This document shows positions 53,628 through 63,258 of a DNA stretch of 64,000 nucleotides, piece after piece. The position numbers and the translations under genes are program-made. The DNA comes from Chloroflexota bacterium (GTDB lineage: Bacteria; Chloroflexota; Limnocylindria; P2-11E; CF-107). How positions within the stretch are numbered: the stretch's first letter is position 1; each line of letters starts with the position of its first letter. The stretch spans positions 4,538-68,537 of the forward strand of contig VBHP01000028.1 in NCBI GenBank assembly GCA_005881435.1, read 5' to 3'. Below the pieces are notes generated by a model that was not told the origin of the DNA, did not search any database, and saw only the letters and a list, made by a program, of their open reading frames with translations.

Positions 53628-54230
53628 ATGCCCCGATACTGGCCCGAGGACTTCGACGCGCGTAAGCGCGGACAGGATTGTCCGTTCTGCGCTGCCGGAC
53701 GTGTCGAGGAGGATCGCTTCGGGGCACGGATCTTCGCCGGTGGCGTCTCGGACGCGTATCTCCACCGCGCCGACGTCCAGCGTGGGTACACGATCGTCGT
53801 CTGGCGCGGGCGGCACGTGGCCGACCCGACGGAGCTGTCCGATGACGAAGCCGGCGCGTACTGGCGGGAGGTCCTTCACGTCGGTCGCGCGCTGGAGCGT
53901 CAGTACCAGCCGCTGAAGCTGAACTTCGAGATGCTCGGCAACAGCGTGCCGCACCTGCACACGCATGTCGTCCCTCGCTATCCGATCGACGAGAACCCTG
54001 GCGGACCGCCGCGGTTCATGCTGTCGGACAAGCGGCACCGGCCCATTCCCGAGGCCCGCTTCCGCGAGGAGCTGGCGTCGCTGCGTGCGTTGCTGCGCGT
54101 CAGCCCACCGGCGCAAGCACAAACAAGAACAGATCGAACAGCACGTGCGACACGATCACCGGGAACAGGCGCCGTCGCAGTGCGAAGATCATCGACCACA
54201 CGAAGCCCGCGACGACGGCCGCGAGGATGA
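53628..54230 (+). CDS. HIT-family hydrolase with a low-complexity C-terminal tail
   Basis: Histidine triad HLHTHVVPR. The last ~45 aa are Arg/Thr-rich and overlap the convergent CPBP gene by 131 nt. Confidence 0.7.
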   Translation: MPRYWPEDFDARKRGQDCPFCAAGRVEEDRFGARIFAGGVSDAYLHRADVQRGYTIVVWRGRHVADPTELSDDEAGAYWREVLHVGRALERQYQPLKLNFEMLGNSVPHLHTHVVPRYPIDENPGGPPRFMLSDKRHRPIPEARFREELASLRALLRVSPPAQAQTRTDRTARATRSPGTGAVAVRRSSTTRSPRRRPRG

Positions 54231-54729
54231 TCGCGACGTTCTGTGTCACGAGGTGCACCGAGCCATAGAGCGCGGTGCCGACGAGCACGCTTGCGCCATC
54301 GCCGAGCCGCGACGACAGGGCCCAGTTCACCAAGCCGCGCCAATACAGCTCTTCTCCCGGCCCGATGACGAATACCAGAAGCACCGCGATCAGCGCCAGC
54401 GGCGCCTGAGATCGCAGGTCGTAGATCGCCGAGATCTCGCTGCCGGAGACCGGGCGGATGAAACGGACGAGCTTGTCGCCGACCCAGAAGGTCGCGTAGA
54501 GGCCGGCAAAGCTCCCGACTCCGATGGCCAGGTCCAGGCCATCCGCCGGCGCGCCGTACAGCGCCAGCCCGCGGATGACGACGGCCAGGACCGCGAGCAC
54601 GAATACGCCGGCCGCCATCGCGGTCCAGAACTGCTGCTTGTTGAAATAGAAGGCGTTCGCGAAGAGCAACGCCGCGATCGGGAACGTGGCCAGCGCCAGC
54701 CAGACCCGCGCATCCGCTTGCCGTCGCAT
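54100..54729 (-). CDS. CPBP-family (CAAX protease-like) intramembrane metalloprotease
   Basis: 209 aa. Motif 1 EELYWRG, motif 2 FxxxH (YGSVHLV), motif 3 HVLFD. Polytopic. Confidence 0.75.
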   Translation of the reverse strand: MRRQADARVWLALATFPIAALLFANAFYFNKQQFWTAMAAGVFVLAVLAVVIRGLALYGAPADGLDLAIGVGSFAGLYATFWVGDKLVRFIRPVSGSEISAIYDLRSQAPLALIAVLLVFVIGPGEELYWRGLVNWALSSRLGDGASVLVGTALYGSVHLVTQNVAIILAAVVAGFVWSMIFALRRRLFPVIVSHVLFDLFLFVLAPVG

Positions 54730-54761
54730 TCGCCGAACAAGCTAGCGCGACGCCCGGTGGT

Positions 54762-55145
54762 CTAGTGGTGGCAGGCCTTCGCGGTGCCCGACTGGTCGCC
54801 GGTCTTGAAGGACTGTCCGCAGCCACAGGTCGAGACGGCGTTGGGATTGCGCAGCGCGAAGCCGCCGCCCATCAATGCGTCGACGAAGTCGATCTCGGCG
54901 CCCTTCAGGTACATCGCGCTCATCGGGTCGACGACGACGCGGACGCCCTCGTGATCGACGACGCTGTCGCCCTCCTCGACCGATTCGGCGAAGGTCATGC
55001 CATAGCTGAAGCCGGAGCACCCGCCCGGCGTGACGTATACGCGTAACGCCAGATCGCGCTGCTGCTGGCCGGCGATGATCTCCTTGAGCTTGTCGCTGGC
55101 TCGCGAGGTCAGCGAGATCAGGCCTGGAGCGGTCTCTAGTGCCAA
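54762..55145 (-). CDS. HesB/IscA/ErpA-family iron-sulfur cluster insertion protein
   Basis: 127 aa. TTG start with SD AGGAGG. GGCSGFSYGM and C-terminal CGCGQSF cysteine motif. Confidence 0.85.
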   Translation of the reverse strand: MALETAPGLISLTSRASDKLKEIIAGQQQRDLALRVYVTPGGCSGFSYGMTFAESVEEGDSVVDHEGVRVVVDPMSAMYLKGAEIDFVDALMGGGFALRNPNAVSTCGCGQSFKTGDQSGTAKACHH

Positions 55146-55229
55146 GGTTCGTTCACCTCCTGCGGTTCGTATCGACTATAGCCGAGGGCGCCGGTCGGGA
55201 ACAGACAAAGCCTAAGATTCCCCGGCAAT

Positions 55230-55601
55230 ATGGCCACTTCCAGACCATCCCTACACCACGTGCAAGTCTTCTACCCACCCGGACAAGAGAGCGCCGCGCG
55301 GCGTTTCTATGGCCAGTTTCTGGGTCTGAAAGAACTGTCGCGTCCGTCGACGCTCGCGGACCGCGCGGGCTTGTGGTTCGAAGCCGGCACCGGACACGTG
55401 CACCTCTCCGCGCAGGATGAGTTGGCGCTCAATCCGCGGCGGCACTTCGCCTTGCGCGTGAACGATCTGTCCGAGACCGCCGAACGCCTTCGTGCGCGCG
55501 GCGTGCCTTTCGAGGAGGCCGATCCGATACCCGGCTGGCGTCGCGTCTATGTCTTCGATCCCTTCGGTAACAAGATCGAGTTGGACGAGATCCCGGACTA
55601 G
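55230..55601 (+). CDS. VOC-family (glyoxalase / bleomycin-resistance fold) protein
   Basis: 123 aa. HHVQV..and FDPFGNKIEL are typical of VOC proteins. Confidence 0.7.
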   Translation: MATSRPSLHHVQVFYPPGQESAARRFYGQFLGLKELSRPSTLADRAGLWFEAGTGHVHLSAQDELALNPRRHFALRVNDLSETAERLRARGVPFEEADPIPGWRRVYVFDPFGNKIELDEIPD

Positions 55602-55650
55602 CGCCGCCGGCACCGGCGCGGAGCAGCGTGGGCGCCGAGCTGGCGTCAAA

Positions 55651-57471
55651 GTGCACCTGGCCGCATGGCCTGCCGGTACGATCGAGTTCGTGAGCGAGTT
55701 CCGCTTTTCGCCTCGTCCGAATCGGGCCGGAGACATTCGCTGGCGCGAGTGGGGCAGCGCCGCCTTCAACGAGGCGTCGCTGACGCGGCGTCCGGTGCTG
55801 CTCGGGATCTCAGCGGTCTGGTGCCACTGGTGCCACGTGATGGACGAGACCACGTATTCGGATCCGGACGTCATCCGGCTGATCAACGATCGCTACGTGC
55901 CCGTCCGCGTCGACAACGACAAACGTCCTGACGTCAATCGCCGCTACAACATGGGTGGCTGGCCCACCACGGCGTTCCTCACTCCCGACGGCGAGATCAT
56001 TACCGGCGGCACCTACCTGCCTCCGGACGTCATGCGTCAGTACCTATCGCAGGTCGCGGACGTCTACCGCGACCGACGTGCGGAGATGGATCAGCGCGTG
56101 TCGGAGCTTCGGCTGCACGACGCTCAGGCTCGCGGCGCGCATGCCGGCCCGCTCTCCAGCGCGATCGTCGACGAGGTCCTGTCGGTGACCACCGGCGCAT
56201 TCGATCCGGAATTCGGCGGCTTTGGTCGCGAGCCGAAGTTTCCGCAGCCGAACGTGCTTCGCCTTGTCCTCGACGAGTACCGCCGTCGTCGCGACGGCGA
56301 TCTCGCGGCCATGTTGCGACAGACGCTCGGCGCCATGTCGTCCGGAGGTATGTACGATCATGTCGCCGGCGGATTCTTCCGTTATGCGACGCAGCGCGAC
56401 TGGAGCGTGCCGCACTACGAAAAGATGCTCGAGGACAACAGCGAGCTGCTGGCGCTCTATGCCGAGGCCCATCGCACCTTCCCCGACGCTGGCTACGACC
56501 GCGTCGCGCAAGACGTCTCGCGGTGGATGCGCGAGGTATTGCTGCGGCGCGAAGCGCACCTCTTCGGTGGCTCGCAGGATGCCGACGAGCACTACTACAC
56601 GCTCGACGCGCAGGGCCGCGCGAAACTGCCGGCGCCCTACGTCGATCCGGTCCTGTACACGAACTGGAACGCGCTGGCCGCCTCCGGCCATGTCGCCCTG
56701 TCCATCGCGACCGGCGCCGCGGCGTCGCTGTCCGTGGCCGCGACGACGCTGGCCGCGTTGCGCGCGCGCCTTTGGGACCAGCCCGTCGGCACGTACCACT
56801 TCGACGCCGGCGACGGGCCGCGCCTCCCGGCACTTCTGACCGACGCGGCGGCGCTTCTCGCCGCGCAGCTCGACCTCTACGAAGCGGGTGCTGGGGCGAC
56901 CGCGCTCGAGTTCGCGCGCCAGATCGCGCAACATGTGGTCTCGCTGGAAGATGCCGACGTCGGCGGCTTCAGCGACGCGGCGGGTCGCGACGAGCCTGGA
57001 CGCGTGGCGCGGCCAGAACGGCCGATCGAGGACAACGCGCTCGCGGCCGATTCGCTGCTGCGCCTTGCGACGCTCACCGGCGAAGAGCGGTGGCGCGAGC
57101 TCGCCGTCCGCGCGCTGCGGTCTTTCGCCGGCGGGTACCGCGAGTGGGGCCAGTTCGCCGCGCCATATGCCCGCGCGGTCGCGCGCGCCATCGCCGAGCC
57201 CCTGCACATCGTGGTCGTCGGACCGGGAAGCGACGCTCGTGCTGACGCGTTGTGGCGAACGGCCGTCCGCGTCGACGACCCGGCCGGTGTCGTCGAGCGG
57301 CTCGATCCCGCGCAAGACCGCGTCCGCATGGACCAGCTCGGATATCCGGCCTCCAGCGTGGCCGCGTATGTGTGCGTCGGCTCGGTGTGCTCCGCGCCGA
57401 TCGCTGAGGACGTCGCGCTCCGCGCCGAGCTCGACCGCGCAAGGACGCGGTTCGGCGCGGTCGCGCGTTAG
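55651..57471 (+). CDS. Thioredoxin-domain protein YyaL (DUF255) with a six-hairpin glycosidase-like C-terminal domain
   Basis: Redox motif WCHWCHVM. Length and C-terminal domain match the YyaL family. GTG start chosen at 55651; the ORF opens at 55492. Confidence 0.8.
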   Translation: MHLAAWPAGTIEFVSEFRFSPRPNRAGDIRWREWGSAAFNEASLTRRPVLLGISAVWCHWCHVMDETTYSDPDVIRLINDRYVPVRVDNDKRPDVNRRYNMGGWPTTAFLTPDGEIITGGTYLPPDVMRQYLSQVADVYRDRRAEMDQRVSELRLHDAQARGAHAGPLSSAIVDEVLSVTTGAFDPEFGGFGREPKFPQPNVLRLVLDEYRRRRDGDLAAMLRQTLGAMSSGGMYDHVAGGFFRYATQRDWSVPHYEKMLEDNSELLALYAEAHRTFPDAGYDRVAQDVSRWMREVLLRREAHLFGGSQDADEHYYTLDAQGRAKLPAPYVDPVLYTNWNALAASGHVALSIATGAAASLSVAATTLAALRARLWDQPVGTYHFDAGDGPRLPALLTDAAALLAAQLDLYEAGAGATALEFARQIAQHVVSLEDADVGGFSDAAGRDEPGRVARPERPIEDNALAADSLLRLATLTGEERWRELAVRALRSFAGGYREWGQFAAPYARAVARAIAEPLHIVVVGPGSDARADALWRTAVRVDDPAGVVERLDPAQDRVRMDQLGYPASSVAAYVCVGSVCSAPIAEDVALRAELDRARTRFGAVAR

Positions 57472-57477
57472 CGCGGC

Positions 57478-57672
57478 CTAGTAGCCGTAGTAGTCCGACG
57501 GCGAACCGCTCGCCATCGGGTACGTCTTGCCGGGGTCATCCGTGCCCGCTACCGGGACCGCGCTTTGGCTCGCGCTCGGCGTGGCGGTCTGGACGCTCGG
57601 CGCTCCGGCGCCCCCACACGCGGCCGTGAACAGCGCGAGCATCGCGGTCAAAGCCAGCAAGGTCTGCCTCAC
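57478..57672 (-). CDS. Small lipoprotein (64 aa, hypothetical)
   Basis: GTG start 7 nt after the upstream stop. Signal peptide with lipobox LALFTAAC. Ends DYYGY. Confidence 0.4.
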   Translation of the reverse strand: MRQTLLALTAMLALFTAACGGAGAPSVQTATPSASQSAVPVAGTDDPGKTYPMASGSPSDYYGY

Positions 57673-57679
57673 ACCAGGT

Positions 57680-58882
57680 TTACGCGCGACGTGCTGCGGC
57701 GGACGTCGTCGGGACGGAGCGGCCGTCTTTCCATACCGCCGCCACCTGCCAGCAGGCGCGGACGTCGGAGAGCGGATCGCCCTTCACCGCCACCAGGTCG
57801 GCGCGCGCGCCCGGCCGGATCCGTCCGATGTCGTCGCGCCCGACGACATCCGCGGCGACGCTCGTCGCGGCTGCGAGAGCGCGCTCCGGCGTCATGCCGA
57901 TCTCGACGAGCGCCTCGAGCTCCGTGCCGAAACGCTCGGCGTAGTTGAACGGCGTTCCGGCGTCGGTCCCGGCGGCGACTTTGACGCCGGCGCGAATGGC
58001 GTCACGGATTCCCTGTTGATGCCGCTCCGTGAGCGCGCTGGCTCGCGCGAGCACATCCGGCGCGAGCCGCTCTCGGTTCGAGAGGATCGCTTTCAGTGCG
58101 GCGAAGGTCGGCACCAGCGCCACACCCTTGTCCTTGCACAGGCGGATCGCTTCGGCGTCCAGGAGGGTCGCGTGCTCGATCGAATCGACGCCAGCCTCAA
58201 TCGCGATCTTCGCGCCCTTCGTGGCATGCGCGTGGGTCGTCACGCGCAGATGCCGGGAGTGCGCTTCTTCGACCGCGGCGGTCGTCTCTTCGAGTGTCAG
58301 CTGGGCCACGTCCGGATGTGCCCCGGTGCCCAGCACGCCGCCGGTGGAGAAGATCTTGATCACGCTCGCGCCGGCGAAGAGCTGTTCGCGCACGGCCTTT
58401 CTTATCTCGTCCGGCCCGTCCGCTTGACGTCCGATCTGCCAGCCATGTCCGCCGGTCGAGGTGATGCCGCGCCCCGCGGCGATGACGTTCGGCCCGATGA
58501 GCTCGCCGGCGGCGATGGCCCGGCCGAGCACGATCGCGGCCGAGGTCGGAGCGCCGAGATCGCGGACGGTGGTCACGCCGGCGGCGAGTGAGCGCAGCGC
58601 ATTGACGGTCGCGCGCAGCGCGAGCTCCGCATCGCTGCCCCGCGTCTCGACGTCGAAATCCGGACCGCCGCTGACCGTGAGATGGATGTGACAGTTGATC
58701 AGGCCCGGTAGCAGCGTCGTGCCGTCGGGAGTCCGCAGCTCGTTCGCGCCTTTGGCCTCTCCCGGGACGCGCGAGCGCTGTCCGGTCCAGCTGATCCGTC
58801 CGTCGACGATCAGCACCGCAGCGTCGGTCTGCGCGCGTTCGCCGTCGTACAGGCGATCGGCGAACAGCAGCTGCGCGGTCAC
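57680..58882 (-). CDS. Amidohydrolase-family metal-dependent hydrolase
   Basis: 400 aa. LPGLINCHIHLTVSGG (HxH metal ligands), a TIM-barrel amidohydrolase. Confidence 0.85.
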   Translation of the reverse strand: MTAQLLFADRLYDGERAQTDAAVLIVDGRISWTGQRSRVPGEAKGANELRTPDGTTLLPGLINCHIHLTVSGGPDFDVETRGSDAELALRATVNALRSLAAGVTTVRDLGAPTSAAIVLGRAIAAGELIGPNVIAAGRGITSTGGHGWQIGRQADGPDEIRKAVREQLFAGASVIKIFSTGGVLGTGAHPDVAQLTLEETTAAVEEAHSRHLRVTTHAHATKGAKIAIEAGVDSIEHATLLDAEAIRLCKDKGVALVPTFAALKAILSNRERLAPDVLARASALTERHQQGIRDAIRAGVKVAAGTDAGTPFNYAERFGTELEALVEIGMTPERALAAATSVAADVVGRDDIGRIRPGARADLVAVKGDPLSDVRACWQVAAVWKDGRSVPTTSAAARRA

Positions 58883-58922
58883 GCCGAGAGGCTAGTCCAC
58901 GAGCCGGTCGCGCGCCGCGCTG

Positions 58923-59399
58923 CTAGGCGCTCTTGCCGAGCCGGTTCAGTAGTGGCGATTCGGCGCGTGGTTCGACCTTCGTCGCTCGCTCCGGAGGGAG
59001 CTTTCCCTCGAGCAGATATGCCGCGAGCAGCGATGTGTCGGCGTCGAGGACCGGGACGTGTCTCGTATTCGCGATCGGCGGTGGCACATCCCGCGCGGCG
59101 TTCGAGTGGACCCGCACGCACGCGACCCGTTTGCCGACGTCAAGTCCCGCGGTGATCGCCCACGTCGCCCACGCGCTCGCGATCGAGGTCGTTCCGAGGA
59201 GGCACACGATCGCGTCGGCCGAAGCGACTCGCGATCGCGATTCCTGGACCAGCCAGCTCGGAACGCTGCCGAAGGAGAACGCCGGAGCGAAATGATCGAG
59301 CGTCGTCCCGGGGATCACGGCGCCGAGCCGCGCGATGAAAACTCTTCCGTCGGCCTCGTCCGCGGGCTCCGAGAGCAGCAGGATGCGTTGCATTCCCAT
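58923..59399 (-). CDS. TIR-like domain protein (DUF1863 / ThsB-like)
   Basis: About 158 aa from ATG 59399/59393. GRVFIARL..ADAIVCLLGTTSIASAWATWAITAGLDVGKRVACVRV matches the DUF1863 TIR-like core (CVLIG..S.WV..EI..G..I.G.I). The 27-aa ORF extension to GTG 59480 is optional. Confidence 0.5.
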   Translation of the reverse strand: MGMQRILLLSEPADEADGRVFIARLGAVIPGTTLDHFAPAFSFGSVPSWLVQESRSRVASADAIVCLLGTTSIASAWATWAITAGLDVGKRVACVRVHSNAARDVPPPIANTRHVPVLDADTSLLAAYLLEGKLPPERATKVEPRAESPLLNRLGKSA

Positions 59400-59497
59400 G
59401 CGTTCAAAACGCCCGGGACCGCCCGCTGACGACGCGGCTAGGACTTTGGTACCGCCCCAGGTCCCCGTCCGGGCTTCCACCTATCGTCGTCGCTCCG

Positions 59498-60730
59498 ATG
59501 AGTCTTGCGCGGCGACTTGCGGCCTCCGGCGCCGTGCTGCCGGATTACGACGGCGGATCGCTGGTGAATGTCGCGGCCTCGCTCCTCGACGCTTTCGGCG
59601 CGCGTCGCGACGACGACCCGCGGCCGGTACGAGACCTCGATGCCGGGCTCTTACGTGACGCCGCGGCCGTGGTGCTGATCCTCGTCGACGGCCTCGGCGA
59701 GGGACAGCTCCGTCGTGCCGCCGACCGTGGCGACGCTCCGAATCTCGCCCGGCTGCACGAGACGCGATCGCATCCCTTGACCTCGGTCTTCCCGTCGTCG
59801 ACGGTCTGCGCGCTCGGCTCGCTGGACACGGCGCGGCCTCCGGGAACGCACGCGCTCGTCGCGTACCAGCACTGGCTCGACGAGTTCGACTGCGTCGCGC
59901 AGATGCTGCGGTGGGGACCCGCGGACCAGCCACGCTCGTTCGTCGAGCCGCCATGGAATGCGGAGCCGAGGGGCTTCGTACCGCTCGACACCATCGACGC
60001 ACGGCTCGCGGAGGCCGGCGTGGCCCGATTCCTGATCCAGCCCGCCGTGTTCAAGAGCTCGCCGCTGGTGCGCATGCTTTCGCCCGATTCGACGTACGTT
60101 CCCTACCTGGCCACGTCGTCCGCGGCCATCGTCACGCGCCGTCTGCTGCAGGCGCAGGCCAGCCGCCGCGAGCGCACGTTCGCGTTCGTGTACTGGCCGA
60201 CGCTGGACACGATCGCGCACTTCCTCGGCCCGCGGTCCGAGGAGCACGACGCCGAGCTGCGCGCCATCGATGGTCTCCTGGTCGCGCCGCTCCGCGAGGC
60301 TTTGGACGGCCACGTCGTGTTCCTCCTCACCGCCGACCACGGCCACGTCACGCTTGATCTCGATCGTGCCGTGCGGTTCGAAGACCATCCCGAGCTCCTG
60401 GCGATGCTGCGCTACCCGCCCGCGGGCGAGCATCGGGTCGCGCTGATGAGCCCGCGCGACGGCGCGCGCGAAGCGGTCCGTAGCTATTGCGCGGAAACGT
60501 TCGCGGACGCCATCGTCGCCGACGCCGACGAGGCGTTCGAGCTGGGGTTGTATGGCCGACCGGTCAGCGCGGCCGCGCGGCGGCGCACCGGTGAGGTGCT
60601 GTTGATCGCGACGGGTGCGTCGCAGTACTGGTACACGTTCATCCAGAGCGAGCTGGCCGCCCACCGCGGCTCACACGGAGCGCTGTCGTCCGAAGAGATG
60701 CGGGTCCCACTCCTGGTGTGGAGCGCGTAG
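59498..60730 (+). CDS. Alkaline-phosphatase-superfamily protein (type I phosphodiesterase / nucleotide pyrophosphatase-like)
   Basis: 410 aa. Metal-binding motifs VVLILVDGLGEGQL and LLTADHGH. Confidence 0.8.
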   Translation: MSLARRLAASGAVLPDYDGGSLVNVAASLLDAFGARRDDDPRPVRDLDAGLLRDAAAVVLILVDGLGEGQLRRAADRGDAPNLARLHETRSHPLTSVFPSSTVCALGSLDTARPPGTHALVAYQHWLDEFDCVAQMLRWGPADQPRSFVEPPWNAEPRGFVPLDTIDARLAEAGVARFLIQPAVFKSSPLVRMLSPDSTYVPYLATSSAAIVTRRLLQAQASRRERTFAFVYWPTLDTIAHFLGPRSEEHDAELRAIDGLLVAPLREALDGHVVFLLTADHGHVTLDLDRAVRFEDHPELLAMLRYPPAGEHRVALMSPRDGAREAVRSYCAETFADAIVADADEAFELGLYGRPVSAAARRRTGEVLLIATGASQYWYTFIQSELAAHRGSHGALSSEEMRVPLLVWSA

Positions 60731-60734
60731 CTCT

Positions 60735-61382
60735 CTATTCCGCGATCGACGGCAGCCGGCGGTGGCGCCGGAGCAGATGCTCGCGAGCCTGCGCGTCATG
60801 CGGGCCGTCGCGATCGGCGAGCCGCTCGGCAATGCGGACTCGATGCTCGGGTTTCTTGTTCCCGCCGAACTTGAACTTGGCGCGTACGTCGACGATCGCG
60901 AGCTCGAGACCGCGGATCGCGGCGAGGTTCTTGCCGTAGATCGTGTCACCGGGCTCCGGACGCGCGTATCCGCCTTGCGGTTGGAAGTGTGCGAGCTGCG
61001 TCCGGAGGATCGCTGCCAGGGCGTCGGGGTCGTCGATCGCCGACGCGCGACAGATCACCTGCACGGCCGCGTAGTAGCTGGTCGGAATGCCGTATTCGAC
61101 CGGCGTTCCGGCGTTCGCATTCCAGTCCGTCGGGATGTAGGTGTAGGCGTCGATCACCGCCATCACCACCGCGGGGTTTTCCGCGATCGCCTCCCATACC
61201 GGGTTCGGCTTGGCGAGGTGCAGGCGGACGGTGCGCTCGCCATCGAACACGAAATGCGTCGGCACGACGATCGGCACGTCGCGTCCGCGGCCAGCGGCGA
61301 TGAGCTGACCGAAGTCATGCGCTGACAGGAACGCGCGCCACTCCGTCTCGTCGAGAGCGGCGTCGTGCGGTCGGATCAGCAT
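60735..61382 (-). CDS. paiB: FMN-binding negative transcriptional regulator PaiB family
   Basis: 215 aa from ATG 61382 (MLIRPHDAALDETEWRAFLSAHDFGQLIAAG..VPTHFVFDG). The 66-aa upstream extension was discarded. Confidence 0.75.
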   Translation of the reverse strand: MLIRPHDAALDETEWRAFLSAHDFGQLIAAGRGRDVPIVVPTHFVFDGERTVRLHLAKPNPVWEAIAENPAVVMAVIDAYTYIPTDWNANAGTPVEYGIPTSYYAAVQVICRASAIDDPDALAAILRTQLAHFQPQGGYARPEPGDTIYGKNLAAIRGLELAIVDVRAKFKFGGNKKPEHRVRIAERLADRDGPHDAQAREHLLRRHRRLPSIAE

Positions 61383-61415
61383 CCAGCGAGTGTATTCGGC
61401 TAGATTCGTCGGGTC

Positions 61416-61844
61416 GTGGCGCTGAACAGCTATCTCCCTGAAGAAGCCGGAGGACTCGTGGCCGCCGCGGCATTCGACGATGAAGCCGGCGCGATCGGCG
61501 GAGTGCGCGCGCTCCACGACGTCGGATTGCGCCGTCAGGATGTCGCTGTCATCGCCAAAGACGGCGCGCGCGCGCGACATGTCGCGACCGAGGCCGGCGC
61601 GTACGCACCGCGCCGATCACGCGTGATGCTGCCGTTCCTCGGTGGTCTGCCCAAAGCGGTGCGCATCCGATACGGGAAGGCGCTGGATGAGGGCAAGATC
61701 GTGGTCATCGCGGCGTCAGACGGCCAGCCGGCCGACACGCTGGCGACGGTCCTGGAGAGAGTCGCGAAGGGGACGAACGTCGGGACGTGGTGGCAGGAAC
61801 CGGCGGGGATCTTCCCCCCGCCGGAGGAGGGCGGCCCGCTCTGA
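61416..61844 (+). CDS. Hypothetical protein (142 aa)
   Basis: GTG start. GC3-biased ORF that fills the gap between PaiB and the isochorismatase gene. No motif recognised. Confidence 0.35.
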   Translation: MALNSYLPEEAGGLVAAAAFDDEAGAIGGVRALHDVGLRRQDVAVIAKDGARARHVATEAGAYAPRRSRVMLPFLGGLPKAVRIRYGKALDEGKIVVIAASDGQPADTLATVLERVAKGTNVGTWWQEPAGIFPPPEEGGPL

Positions 61845-61867
61845 TCGGTTCGCGGTAGCGTGGCCGC

Positions 61868-62392
61868 ATGAAGCGCGCGCTCGTCGTCGTCGACATGATC
61901 GAGGACTTCGTCCATCAGGATGGCGCGCTGTATTGCGGCCCCTCGATGCAGCGCATCACGCCGGTCATCCAGCACGAGCTCGCACGAGCGCGCGGTGCCG
62001 GAGAGCTCGTCGTCTATCTCACCGACAATCATCTGCCCGACGACGCTGAGTTCCAGGTCTTCCCGCCGCACGCGATCGTCGGGACCAAGGGGGCCGCGAT
62101 CGTGCCCGAGGTCGCGCCGCGCGCCGGGGAGATCGTGATCCCCAAGCGCCGCTACTCCGGTTTCTTCGGCACCGACCTCGACATCACGCTGCGCGAGCGG
62201 GACGTCGGCGTGATCCGGTTGGTCGGTGACTGCACCAACATCTGCGTCCTCTACACCGCCGCCGACGCGCGGAACCTGGGCTACGCCGTCGAGGTCGTGG
62301 CCGAAGGAGTCACCTCCTTCGATGAGGAGGCGCATCGCGACGCATTGCGCGAGCTCGAAAAGACCCTCGGCGCGAAGATCGTTCACGCCTGA
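61868..62392 (+). CDS. Isochorismatase-family cysteine hydrolase (nicotinamidase/pyrazinamidase-like)
   Basis: 174 aa. LVVVDMIEDF and the catalytic-Cys region LVGDCTNICVLYTAADA. Confidence 0.85.
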   Translation: MKRALVVVDMIEDFVHQDGALYCGPSMQRITPVIQHELARARGAGELVVYLTDNHLPDDAEFQVFPPHAIVGTKGAAIVPEVAPRAGEIVIPKRRYSGFFGTDLDITLRERDVGVIRLVGDCTNICVLYTAADARNLGYAVEVVAEGVTSFDEEAHRDALRELEKTLGAKIVHA

Positions 62393-62413
62393 GCCGGCGC
62401 GCGAAGTCCGGTG

Positions 62414-63253
62414 TCAGGCGCGCGCCGGGGATAGTTTCGTCCGCTGCTGCGCGACGAGGCTCTCGCTGAAGACGAGGATCGCATCGGCGAGCTCTCGTGG
62501 ACGCTGGACCGGCGCATCGTGCATCGTGTCCTGGAGCCACGACACGCGTACGTGCGGCAGGCGGCCGACGCGCGTTGCCGCCAGCTCCTTCTGCACCGTC
62601 CATTGCGAGCCGGTGCCGTCGCGTGGACGGCACGCCACGATAAGCGCGGGACACGTCAGTGACGCGAGGTCCGCATGCACGTCCTGCTCCCACAGCGAAC
62701 GCAGGATCTCGAGATGGCGGTCGCGTGTGAGACGCTTCCGCGCGTCGGTGCCTTTGTCCCACTCGAAGAGCGAGCGGCGGATCTCCGCCAGCTGGACGGT
62801 ATTCGGCACCTCGCTCCAGCCCTCGCGGACGAACTTCTCGATCTGATAGGCGTCGTCGGGGGGCGGCGCCAGCCGCACCAAGGCTTCCTCCCACGACAGA
62901 TGCGCGTGCAGCTCGACGAGACCGCCGTCGACCAGCACCACGCCCCGCGCGTTTCGACGGGTGATGGCGTGATGCAGCGCGAGGTTTCCGCCGGCGGAGT
63001 GCCCGACCAGCACCGGATGTGTGACGCCGTAGCGACGCATGAGCTCGTCGATGTCCGCGGCGAGATCTTCAAGGGCATAACCGAACTCGGGCTTCTCGCT
63101 CTCGCCGTGCCCGCGCAGGTCGAAAGCGATGACCTTGTGTTCGGTCTTCAGCAGCGGGACGAGGAGGTCCCAGATCCGGCGCGTCGACCCAAGGCCGTGC
63201 AGCAGGATGAAGGTCGGCTCGCCGACGCCGGCGATCGTCGTACCGAAACGCAT
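62414..63253 (-). CDS. Alpha/beta-fold hydrolase
   Basis: 279 aa. ILLHGLGST and nucleophile elbow GHSAGGNLAL. Confidence 0.85.
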   Translation of the reverse strand: MRFGTTIAGVGEPTFILLHGLGSTRRIWDLLVPLLKTEHKVIAFDLRGHGESEKPEFGYALEDLAADIDELMRRYGVTHPVLVGHSAGGNLALHHAITRRNARGVVLVDGGLVELHAHLSWEEALVRLAPPPDDAYQIEKFVREGWSEVPNTVQLAEIRRSLFEWDKGTDARKRLTRDRHLEILRSLWEQDVHADLASLTCPALIVACRPRDGTGSQWTVQKELAATRVGRLPHVRVSWLQDTMHDAPVQRPRELADAILVFSESLVAQQRTKLSPARA

Positions 63254-63258
63254 GCGGC

